Of a stretch of DNA of 64,000 nucleotides, positions 8,639-16,974 are shown one piece after another (positions within the stretch are counted from its first letter, which is position 1; each line of letters opens with the position of its first letter). The stretch lies in the NCBI GenBank assembly GCA_045628045.1, contig JAZQOV010000006.1, positions 64,001 through 128,000 of the forward strand, written 5' to 3'. The notes under the pieces were generated by a model. The model had not been told where the DNA came from. It saw nothing but the letters and a program-made list of their open reading frames with translations, and ran no database searches. The position numbers were made by a program, and so were the translations under genes. This DNA is from Bacilli bacterium (GTDB lineage: Bacteria; Bacillota_I; Bacilli_A; RFN20; CAG-826).

Positions 8639-9523
8639 TACTTTTTTAAAATATTCAGGGAGATCGACTGAGAATGTCATCTCCTTTTTTGTTTTCGGAT
8701 GAATAAAATGAATTTCATGAGCAAATAGGAGCTGGCCATCGTCATAAATGGATCGATTTCCTTTGCCATAAATTGGATCTCCGATTACTGGATGTCCAAT
8801 GTAATTCATGTGAACTCTAATTTGATGAGTTCTTCCAGTTTTTAAGGAACATTCTACTAATGTAGAATTACTAAATCTTTCAAGCACTATAAAACTTGTT
8901 TCGGCTTCTTTCCCACGCATTAGATCTACCGCCATTTTTTGGCGATACTTTTGATCGCGTCCAATAGGGGCAATAATCTTACCAGAATTCTCTGAAATAT
9001 TTCCTAAAACAAGAGCGTAATACTTTCTTGCAAGGCTATGATCTTGAAGCTGACTTGATAAAAAGGCGTGTGCAGTATCATTTTTAGCAACCACAAGAAG
9101 TCCAGCTGTATCTTTATCAATTCTATGTACAATTCCTGGTCTAAAATCACCATTTAAAGTTGATAATTTATCACTATGAAATTTAAGTGCATTTGCAAGT
9201 GTATGTTCTGTATTGCCTGCACCAGGATGGACAACTAAACCTTTTGGTTTATTCACGACCATTAAATCATCATCTTCATAAACGATATCTAAAGGAATAT
9301 TCTCAGGATTTAAATCCGATGTTTCATTAGGAAAATCACTAACGAAAATAACATCATTTTCTTTTAATTTGTATGATGCTTTTTCTTTAACACCGTTAAC
9401 TAAAATTAAACCATTATCAAGATGGTTTTGAATTTTGCTTCTTGATACATTACTTACTAACGAGGAAAGTGCTTTATCAAGACGAGCATTTTCATATTCT
9501 TTAGTTACCTTTATTTCTTGCAT
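8621..9523 (-). CDS. rluD: RluA/RluD family 23S rRNA pseudouridine synthase
   Basis: S4 domain, NKPKGLVVHP, HRIDKDT, TGRTHQIRVH. Confidence 0.92.
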   Translation of the reverse strand: MQEIKVTKEYENARLDKALSSLVSNVSRSKIQNHLDNGLILVNGVKEKASYKLKENDVIFVSDFPNETSDLNPENIPLDIVYEDDDLMVVNKPKGLVVHPGAGNTEHTLANALKFHSDKLSTLNGDFRPGIVHRIDKDTAGLLVVAKNDTAHAFLSSQLQDHSLARKYYALVLGNISENSGKIIAPIGRDQKYRQKMAVDLMRGKEAETSFIVLERFSNSTLVECSLKTGRTHQIRVHMNYIGHPVIGDPIYGKGNRSIYDDGQLLFAHEIHFIHPKTKKEMTFSVDLPEYFKKVLEQLR

Positions 9524-10151
9524 TTTTCTTTTCTTCTAATTCTTTTGGAGAATATTTATATTCTCCTTCTTTGCCTTTTTTCATTGCTTCTTTAATTTCG
9601 TCAATGATGAGAACAATGACTAAAATTATGATGCCTATTACAAGGCAAGCATCAGCAATATTAAACGATCCAAAAATCTGGACACCACCTACATAAAATT
9701 GAATCCAGTCAATAACGCCAGAAAATCCAACTGTCTTGTCCCAATAGAAACATCTATCGATAAGGTTACCAATTCCGCCAGAAATCATAAGAATTAATGA
9801 AACTTTGACCCAAGTTCCTAATTTTTTATAGTTCTTAACGTAATACCAAATAAAACAGCCAGATAAAATTACTGAAATTGATGCAAAGAAGATTCTATTT
9901 CCTATATCTTTTGAAAAAAGATGGAATGAATAAGCTGCATTTGGATTAATTGCTCCACCAATATAGATAAAGTTTTTAATGATTTGGATTGCTCCATTTT
10001 CTTTATAAACACCATTACTCATACGAGTTAATCCAAAATGATTAAAGACAACCCATTTTGTAACAATATCAATAACGAAAAGTAAAACACCAAGCCAAAT
10101 ATAAGTTCTAAAGAACTTCTTCATGTTTTCTTTAGTGAAAATCTTTTTCAT
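9501..10151 (-). CDS. lspA: Lipoprotein signal peptidase II
   Basis: DIVTK, GGIGNLIDR, VIDWI, FNIAD. Confidence 0.92.
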   Translation of the reverse strand: MKKIFTKENMKKFFRTYIWLGVLLFVIDIVTKWVVFNHFGLTRMSNGVYKENGAIQIIKNFIYIGGAINPNAAYSFHLFSKDIGNRIFFASISVILSGCFIWYYVKNYKKLGTWVKVSLILMISGGIGNLIDRCFYWDKTVGFSGVIDWIQFYVGGVQIFGSFNIADACLVIGIIILVIVLIIDEIKEAMKKGKEGEYKYSPKELEEKKNARNKGN

Positions 10152-10153
10152 TT

Positions 10154-12862
10154 TTACTTACCTAAAACGTGAGCACAACGTTCACATACTTCAGTTTCAT
10201 CATCAATCTTGACGAGCTTATCAACATAGTTCCAGCATCTTGGACATTTTTTAGCATCAATGTGATGTGCTTCAGCTTCCTTAACATTGCTAAATTCAAC
10301 CTTGGAAACGATGAGTAATTTTTCAACATTCTTTTCGCCTAAAATTGTTTTGTATGATTCTGGTAAAACGACTAAAGCTTCTTGGCTAGAACCAATGATT
10401 TCTGAATTACGTGCTTCCTCAAGTTTCTTATTTACTTCATCACGAATATCCATGAATTTCTTGTAGTTTTCTAGGACTTTCTTATCAAAATCCCCGGTTT
10501 TTTCCGGATAATTTAATAATTGAGCAGATTTGCCATTATAGTCTGGCATGTTAGCATGAACCTCTTCCATAGTGAATGGAATTACAGGTGTTAAAAGTCT
10601 AAGAAGTGTATCAGTAACTTTATAAATTACAGATTGCATTTGTCTTCTTCTTAATGAGTTAACAGCCTCACAATAAAGGATGTCTTTTCCAATATCGAGA
10701 TAGAAGCTAGATAAGTCACTTGACATAAATGCCATAATCTTCATCATTGCTGTTGAGAAATCATATTTATCAAATGATTCAATAACTTCGTTTTTAACTT
10801 CTTCAAGTCTTGCAAGAATATAAGTATCAACTGGTTCAAATTCCTTAACCATGTCTTTCTTTGGATCAAATGATGCAGTTTCACCATCACTTAAGTTTCC
10901 TAAAAGGAACTTAAATGTGTTACGAATCTTACGATATTGATCAGCAACTTGTCTAAGTAAATTCTCAGAAATTCTAACATCTTGTTGATAGTTAACTGTT
11001 GCAACCCAAAGTCTTAAAATATCGGCACCAAAAATGTTGCACATCTTGAGTGGGTCAACTCCATTTCCTTTGGATTTGTGCATTTGTTCACCGTGTTCAT
11101 CTAAAACCCAACCATGTGAAACAACTGCTTTATAAGGAGCCTTTCCTTGAATTGCGGTAGAAATTGTAAGTGATGAGTTGAACCATCCACGATATTGATC
11201 GCTACCTTCAAGATAAAGTTCTGATTGGTCATAACCTAAACGTTTTCTTAAGACAGCATCAAAAGATGATCCTGAGTCAAACCAAACATCCATGATGTCT
11301 TTTTCTTTTGTAAATTTGCCATTTGGTGAATGCGAATTCTTATAACCTTTTGGAAGGAAGAATTCGGCGTCTTTTTCATACCAAATATCACTTCCATATT
11401 CTTTGAATATGGAGACGATATGATCAAATACTTCTTTTTCAATAATTGGAGTTTCATCTTCACAATAAATAATTGGAATTGGAACGCCCCAAACTCTTTG
11501 ACGAGAAATGCACCAATCGTTACGATCTTTGATCATGTTGGTCATTCTGTCTTTACCCCAAGCAGGGATCCAATTAACTTTATTAACTTGTTCTAAAAGT
11601 TGATCTTTAATTTTGCCAATTGAGCAGAACCATTGTGGAGTAGATCTAAAGATAACTGGTTTTCCAGTTCTCCAGTCATGTGGATAGCTATGAAGAATTT
11701 CGCCTTCTTTAATTAAAGCATTATTTTCTCTAAGCATATCTAAAATGACTTTATTAGCATCTTCATAGAATAAACCATTAAGTCTTTCGCCACATTCAGC
11801 AGTTAATCTACCATAGTTATCAATTGGACAATATGGCATAATGCCATATTTTGCACAAACGTTGTAGTCATCAACACCAAGTCCTGGAGCTGTATGAACT
11901 AAACCTGTACCTGAATCATTTGTAACGTGATCACCAAGAAGAAAAACTGATTCTCTTTCATAGAAAGGATGTTTAGCTTTAAGTCCCTCAAGTTCTTTTC
12001 CTTTAACAACCTTGATTTGTTTAAATGTTTCAAAACCAAGTTCTTCTTTTAAAGATTCTGCGTTCTCTTCAAGAAGGATAAAATCACCTTTTTCAGTATG
12101 ATAAACACCATAATTAAATCTTGGGTTTATACTGATGGCAAGGTTGGATGGAAGTGAGTAAGGAGTTGTTGTCCAAATAACAGCTTTAACACCATTATCA
12201 ACAACACCTTTTCCATCAATAATATCGAATGCAACGTAAATTGCATATGATTTGACATCTTTGTACTCGATTTCAGCTTCTGCTAAAGCAGACTCTGAGC
12301 TCCATGACCAATAAACTGGCTTAAGTCCTTTGTAAATAAGTCCTTGTAAAGCCATGTTGGCAAATACTTCGATTTGATTTGATTCAAATTGTTTTTCAAG
12401 AGTCTTGTATGCGCCTTTATAATCACCCATAATTCCAAGACGAACGATTTGATCTTGTTGTCTTTTAACTTGAGTTAAAGCATATTCTCTACATTTTTGT
12501 CTAAATTCTGCAGTTGGAGTTGTTTTACGATTAACGCCAGATTTAATAACTTGGTTTTCAATTGGAAGACCATGTGTATCAAAACCAAACACAAAAGGAA
12601 CATAATAACCTTGCATTGCCTTTTGTCTAACAATCATATCTTTTAAAATACGGTTAAGCATGTGACCACAATGCATATCGCCATTAGCGTATGGAGGACC
12701 ATCATGAAATGCGAAAGGTTTTGCGCCTTCTCTATTTTTAAGCATCTCGCCATATAAATTTTCATCTTGCCATTTCTTCACTAAAACTGGTTCTTTGGTT
12801 GGAAGATTTCCTCTCATTTCAAAGTTAGTTCTTGGCATGAGTAATGTTGTTTTTAGTTCCAT
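10154..12862 (-). CDS. ileS: Isoleucine--tRNA ligase (type 1)
   Basis: HDGPPYANG, HCGH (HIGH), WTTTP, DWCISRQR, QMHKS (KMSKS), C-terminal zinc finger CPRCW...CERC. Confidence 0.97.
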   Translation of the reverse strand: MELKTTLLMPRTNFEMRGNLPTKEPVLVKKWQDENLYGEMLKNREGAKPFAFHDGPPYANGDMHCGHMLNRILKDMIVRQKAMQGYYVPFVFGFDTHGLPIENQVIKSGVNRKTTPTAEFRQKCREYALTQVKRQQDQIVRLGIMGDYKGAYKTLEKQFESNQIEVFANMALQGLIYKGLKPVYWSWSSESALAEAEIEYKDVKSYAIYVAFDIIDGKGVVDNGVKAVIWTTTPYSLPSNLAISINPRFNYGVYHTEKGDFILLEENAESLKEELGFETFKQIKVVKGKELEGLKAKHPFYERESVFLLGDHVTNDSGTGLVHTAPGLGVDDYNVCAKYGIMPYCPIDNYGRLTAECGERLNGLFYEDANKVILDMLRENNALIKEGEILHSYPHDWRTGKPVIFRSTPQWFCSIGKIKDQLLEQVNKVNWIPAWGKDRMTNMIKDRNDWCISRQRVWGVPIPIIYCEDETPIIEKEVFDHIVSIFKEYGSDIWYEKDAEFFLPKGYKNSHSPNGKFTKEKDIMDVWFDSGSSFDAVLRKRLGYDQSELYLEGSDQYRGWFNSSLTISTAIQGKAPYKAVVSHGWVLDEHGEQMHKSKGNGVDPLKMCNIFGADILRLWVATVNYQQDVRISENLLRQVADQYRKIRNTFKFLLGNLSDGETASFDPKKDMVKEFEPVDTYILARLEEVKNEVIESFDKYDFSTAMMKIMAFMSSDLSSFYLDIGKDILYCEAVNSLRRRQMQSVIYKVTDTLLRLLTPVIPFTMEEVHANMPDYNGKSAQLLNYPEKTGDFDKKVLENYKKFMDIRDEVNKKLEEARNSEIIGSSQEALVVLPESYKTILGEKNVEKLLIVSKVEFSNVKEAEAHHIDAKKCPRCWNYVDKLVKIDDETEVCERCAHVLGK

Positions 12863-12879
12863 TTTTTTACTCCTTTTTC

Positions 12880-13097
12880 GTAAATAAAAGCATCCCTTAT
12901 TTAAGGACGCTTTAACGTGGTACCACCTTAATTCTCTTACTTAGTAAGAGCACTTAATTAGTCTATAACGGAGACATCCGGGATTCTTACTATTTTCAGA
13001 ACCCATACAAAGAAGTGATATTGCTTAATAGATATTGCTAATCTTCCACCATCATTAGCTCGCTATTAATAGAGCTATCAAGTAACTTGTCTTCTAG
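12880..13097 (-). promoter_or_regulatory. T-box riboswitch (Ile, specifier AUC)
   Basis: AAGGTGGTACCACG at 12929-12916, antiterminator and terminator AAAGCGTCCTTA/TAAGGGATGCTTT plus U-tract; ATC at 13019-13017 in stem I. Confidence 0.9.
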
Positions 13098-13106
13098 GAT
13101 AATTGA

Positions 13107-14225
13107 TTAAAGATTTTTGCCTTTTAAGAAGTTTGGAAGGAATGATTCTTTCTCATCTTCTTCAACGACTTTTTCCTCGCCTTCTTGCTCGGTTTGTTCT
13201 GTTTCTTCAACATTTTCATCTTCTTTAGGAAGAGGACGTTGTTCATAGGTAGGAACATGAGTGAAGTCGAATTCTTCTGTAAAGTCTGATGCGATAACAG
13301 AAACAAGAATTTGGTCAGAAAGTTCTTCGTTAATTGAGACACCAAACTTAATATCTACTGAACTACCAGCAGCTTCAATGATTCTATTAACTGTTTCTTG
13401 CGCTTCATAAAGTGAAACTTCACGACCGCATGTAACAGCACATATTGCACGACGTGCGCCATTAATACTTGCTTCAAGAAGAGGTGAATTAATTGCGTTA
13501 TTGGCTGCTTCTTGTGAACGATGTGGTCCACTTCCCATACCAAATCCAATTAATGAAATACCTGAATCTTTAAGAGTATTCTTAACATCAGCAAAGTCTA
13601 AGTTAATGAAACTTGGGCAAAGGATTAAATCAGTAACTGTTTTAACGCTTTGTGCAAGAACTCCATCACTCTCTGCGAATGCTTGAGAAATTGGAGCGGT
13701 TCCACTAACCATCAATAATTTATCGTTAGAAACGATAATAATTGCATCAACTGCGTCTTTAAGGTTATTAAGACCTTCGACAGAGTTTGCAATACGTTTC
13801 TTACCTTCAAATGTAAACGGACGAGTAACAATTGCGACTGTAAGAGCGCCTGCTTCCCTGGCTGCTTGTGCGATTATTGGGGCTGCACCTGTACCAGTAC
13901 CTCCGCCCATACCTGCTGCGATGAAGACCAAGTTTGCGCCTTCAACAATTGAACGAATCTTATCAATTGATTCTTCGGCAGCTTGGCGACCAACTTCAGG
14001 ATTACCGCCAGCACCTAATCCGCCTGTAGATTTTTCACCTAAAATAATTCTATTTTTTGCTTTTGATCTTGAAAGAGCTTGTTGATCAGTATTGGCAACA
14101 TAAAACTCAACTGATGATATATTATCATCAATCATTCTATTAACAGCATTATTACCGGCGCCACCAACACCGATGACAACGATTCTAGCAAATGCTTCAT
14201 AGTTATCTAAATCTTTTTCTTCCAT
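13107..14225 (-). CDS. ftsZ: Cell division protein FtsZ
   Basis: GVGGAGNN, GMGGGTGTG, NLDFAD, C-terminal LPNFL peptide. Confidence 0.98.
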   Translation of the reverse strand: MEEKDLDNYEAFARIVVIGVGGAGNNAVNRMIDDNISSVEFYVANTDQQALSRSKAKNRIILGEKSTGGLGAGGNPEVGRQAAEESIDKIRSIVEGANLVFIAAGMGGGTGTGAAPIIAQAAREAGALTVAIVTRPFTFEGKKRIANSVEGLNNLKDAVDAIIIVSNDKLLMVSGTAPISQAFAESDGVLAQSVKTVTDLILCPSFINLDFADVKNTLKDSGISLIGFGMGSGPHRSQEAANNAINSPLLEASINGARRAICAVTCGREVSLYEAQETVNRIIEAAGSSVDIKFGVSINEELSDQILVSVIASDFTEEFDFTHVPTYEQRPLPKEDENVEETEQTEQEGEEKVVEEDEKESFLPNFLKGKNL

Positions 14226-14242
14226 TTTCTTGCTCCTTCCAT

Positions 14243-15454
14243 TTATTCTTGCTTTTCACGAACTCTTTGTAATTGAGTTGTTTTAATTCTTGTATCACTT
14301 AATGTTCCTTTGTACTTGCTTGATGCATACATCGCACCTATTAAAGCACAGAATTTTGCATCTCTTGCACCCAAAGCCTTAGGCTCCAAATAATGAATCG
14401 ATGCATTAGCTGAGAATTTCTCTTTAACAAGTCCTTCGAATCCAAACATTTTTGTAATTCCACCAGTGAATACGATTGGTAATGTTTTAACATTATCCGG
14501 ATAATCTTTCATGATTGTCTCGTATGCATAGTCAAATTTATCGAAGTATTCTTCTTTGAAGAATTCATTAATGATGAAGTTTAATGACGCTGGATCATGA
14601 TTTGTTTCCATCCCAGCAATCATTGATGTTGCAATTGTTGGCTTGAATGTTAATGGTCTTTCATCAAGTCCATATCTCATAAGTAATTCAAATGCGTCAT
14701 CATGGCTAAGATTCATACGATCAGCAATTTTCTTAACCAAATCGTTCGAACCGGTTTGGAAACTTACAGTTGCAAACGGAGATGAATTACCAACTAATGT
14801 AATATTCGTAACACCTGCACCAATATCAGCAAGAACAAATGAATCTGGAATATCTGGATCATTCTTAGCAAGTTCTGAAAGTGCATAACAGCTTACACAC
14901 AATCTACGAATTTTAATACGTGCAGAATCAAATATTCTCTTATAATCAGAAACTACTCTACTTGGTAAAGTATGAATTTTTGCTTTAATTGTAATGTTGT
15001 TTGATTTTTCATTAATTGGAGGATTAGCGAATGATCTTCCCATTTCAAGAATGAATGAATCTGGAATAATATCGACAATATCATTTCCTGCCGGGATTGC
15101 TTCCTTTTGAACTAATGAAACAACGTTTTCAATATCGATAGTTGCAATTAATGAATAAGGTGAAACAACATTAGTTGTTTTGCTGCTTTGATAAACATTT
15201 AATCCAAATGATGGGAGAATAACAGTTGCTTCACTAATTGAGATTTTCTCTTTAGTTGTTTCATCTTTAAATTCTTTCATTGAAGCCAAGATTGATGAAA
15301 GCGTTTGGAAGTCAACAATTTCTCCACGAGAGACAAGACCAAAAATAGGTCTTTCTGCGACATGAATTAAATTAATGTTTCCGTCTTTTTCGTAACCGAC
15401 AGCCATTCTAAGCTGTGTATCGGATATTTCTATAGTTGTAATATACTTTTCCAT
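14243..15454 (-). CDS. ftsA: Divergent cell division protein FtsA
   Basis: Actin-like motifs DIGAGVT and FTGG, 1C-like region, directly upstream of ftsZ. Confidence 0.8.
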   Translation of the reverse strand: MEKYITTIEISDTQLRMAVGYEKDGNINLIHVAERPIFGLVSRGEIVDFQTLSSILASMKEFKDETTKEKISISEATVILPSFGLNVYQSSKTTNVVSPYSLIATIDIENVVSLVQKEAIPAGNDIVDIIPDSFILEMGRSFANPPINEKSNNITIKAKIHTLPSRVVSDYKRIFDSARIKIRRLCVSCYALSELAKNDPDIPDSFVLADIGAGVTNITLVGNSSPFATVSFQTGSNDLVKKIADRMNLSHDDAFELLMRYGLDERPLTFKPTIATSMIAGMETNHDPASLNFIINEFFKEEYFDKFDYAYETIMKDYPDNVKTLPIVFTGGITKMFGFEGLVKEKFSANASIHYLEPKALGARDAKFCALIGAMYASSKYKGTLSDTRIKTTQLQRVREKQE

Positions 15455-15518
15455 ATTAATAACGAATATATTTTATATATTTACTCCTAATATAGCAAGT
15501 AATATAAAAATTGATAGT

Positions 15519-15551
15519 AAAAAAAAGAAGTAGTTTATTCCGCTACTTCTA
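15519..15551 (-). terminator. Terminator after rsmH
   Basis: AGAAGTAG...CTACTTCT hairpin plus T8. Confidence 0.75.
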
Positions 15552-16484
15552 TTTTACTTTTTCAATAATTCTTAACTTTGCAGATTTGCTTCTCGGATTA
15601 TTTTCTAACTCAGAATCGCTCGCTGTAATAACTTTGTTATTAACTAGTATAAAATCTGGATTATCTTTTTCGCTTGGAAGGGTGAATACGTTATGCCTTG
15701 TGCCCTCAACTTTTGAAACTTCATTAAATGCATTTTTAACCATTCTATCTTCAAGTGAATGGAAGGTAATAAAACATGCTCTACCACCAATTTTTAATGA
15801 ACTTAGCGCATCCTTTAAGGCATCACTTAATGCTCCAAGTTCATCATTAACTTCAATACGAATTGCTTGGAAGATCTGCTTTGCAGGATGACCTTTTTTT
15901 ATTAATTCTTTTTGAGGTTTACAAGATTTTATTATTTCCACTAATTCAGTTGTAGTTTCGATAGGTTTACTCTCACGCTCTTTAACAATTTTTAAAGCTA
16001 TTTGATAAGAATATTTTTCCTCTCCATACTCCCTAAATATTCTTGTTAAGTCATTAAGAGAATAACTGTTAATTACTTCATATGCGGATAAAGATTGGCG
16101 TTTATCCATGCGCATATCAAGCCTTGCGTTTTCTTTATAAGAGAAGCCTCTAGAAGCATCATCAAACTGCGGAGATGAGACTCCTAAATCCGCCATAATT
16201 CCATCGATTTTTTCAATTCCTAATTCATCTAAATGTTTTCTAAAATTTCGAAAATCATCGTGAATTACCGTATATTTTCCTGCAAATTCCTGTAGATTTT
16301 CATTTGACTCCTTGATTGCGGTCTCATCTTTATCAAAGCAAATAAGACGTCCCGTTTTAAGTTTTTTTAAGACCTCTTTTGAATGTCCACCACGACCTAA
16401 AGTAAGATCGACATAAATGCCATCTTCTTTAACTGCAAGACCTTCAATAGTCTCATTTAATAAAACTGGAATGTGCTTAGTCAT
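15549..16484 (-). CDS. rsmH: 16S rRNA m4C1402 methyltransferase (start revised to 16484)
   Basis: HIPVLL, DLTLGRGGHS, DLGVSSPQ, LDMRMD, TFHSLEDR, NPRSKSAKLR. Confidence 0.97.
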   Translation of the reverse strand: MTKHIPVLLNETIEGLAVKEDGIYVDLTLGRGGHSKEVLKKLKTGRLICFDKDETAIKESNENLQEFAGKYTVIHDDFRNFRKHLDELGIEKIDGIMADLGVSSPQFDDASRGFSYKENARLDMRMDKRQSLSAYEVINSYSLNDLTRIFREYGEEKYSYQIALKIVKERESKPIETTTELVEIIKSCKPQKELIKKGHPAKQIFQAIRIEVNDELGALSDALKDALSSLKIGGRACFITFHSLEDRMVKNAFNEVSKVEGTRHNVFTLPSEKDNPDFILVNNKVITASDSELENNPRSKSAKLRIIEKVK

Positions 16485-16974
16485 CAAATTCAAGATCCTT
16501 TAAAACATCGAACTGAGAATTGCCTTGTTCTTCTTTTTCTTTATAAAAATCTTCTTCCGAAATTACTCGATAACCTTTTCCAGAATCTGGAGCTTTTGCA
16601 TTAGGAGCTTTTGGAGAAATAGGAATAGATGCACTTAATAAATTAAAGATGTATTGATCAAGTTCAATTGATGTTCCTTTGTACTCGATACAATCGTCAT
16701 CTTCGTCTTTTCCAGGAGCAAAATGGAGTTCTTCTGATCCCGAAATTGTCGTCTCAAAATTCTTTAATGTATAAGAACATTGAAGCACTACTTTTGCTTT
16801 AATCTCTAAAGTGACGTAAATAAATTCCTCAAACCTTTGAGCTTTTAGCTCAACATGACATGATTTTGTCTCAACAAGTGGTAAATAACACTTAAAAACT
16901 TCTGGATCAAAACTAATGTCTTCCGATACAGAATATATTTTGGTATAAGGAAGTCTTAAAACATCAATTTTCAT
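16477..16974 (-). CDS. YceD/DUF177 family protein
   Basis: C-S-Y-T-L motif, IELDQYI...P, C-terminal F.VLKDL; typical size. Confidence 0.75.
   Translation of the reverse strand: MKIDVLRLPYTKIYSVSEDISFDPEVFKCYLPLVETKSCHVELKAQRFEEFIYVTLEIKAKVVLQCSYTLKNFETTISGSEELHFAPGKDEDDDCIEYKGTSIELDQYIFNLLSASIPISPKAPNAKAPDSGKGYRVISEEDFYKEKEEQGNSQFDVLKDLEFDD

Noticed and set aside
15511-15891. 126-aa + strand ORF
   Set aside because: Antisense to the conserved rsmH
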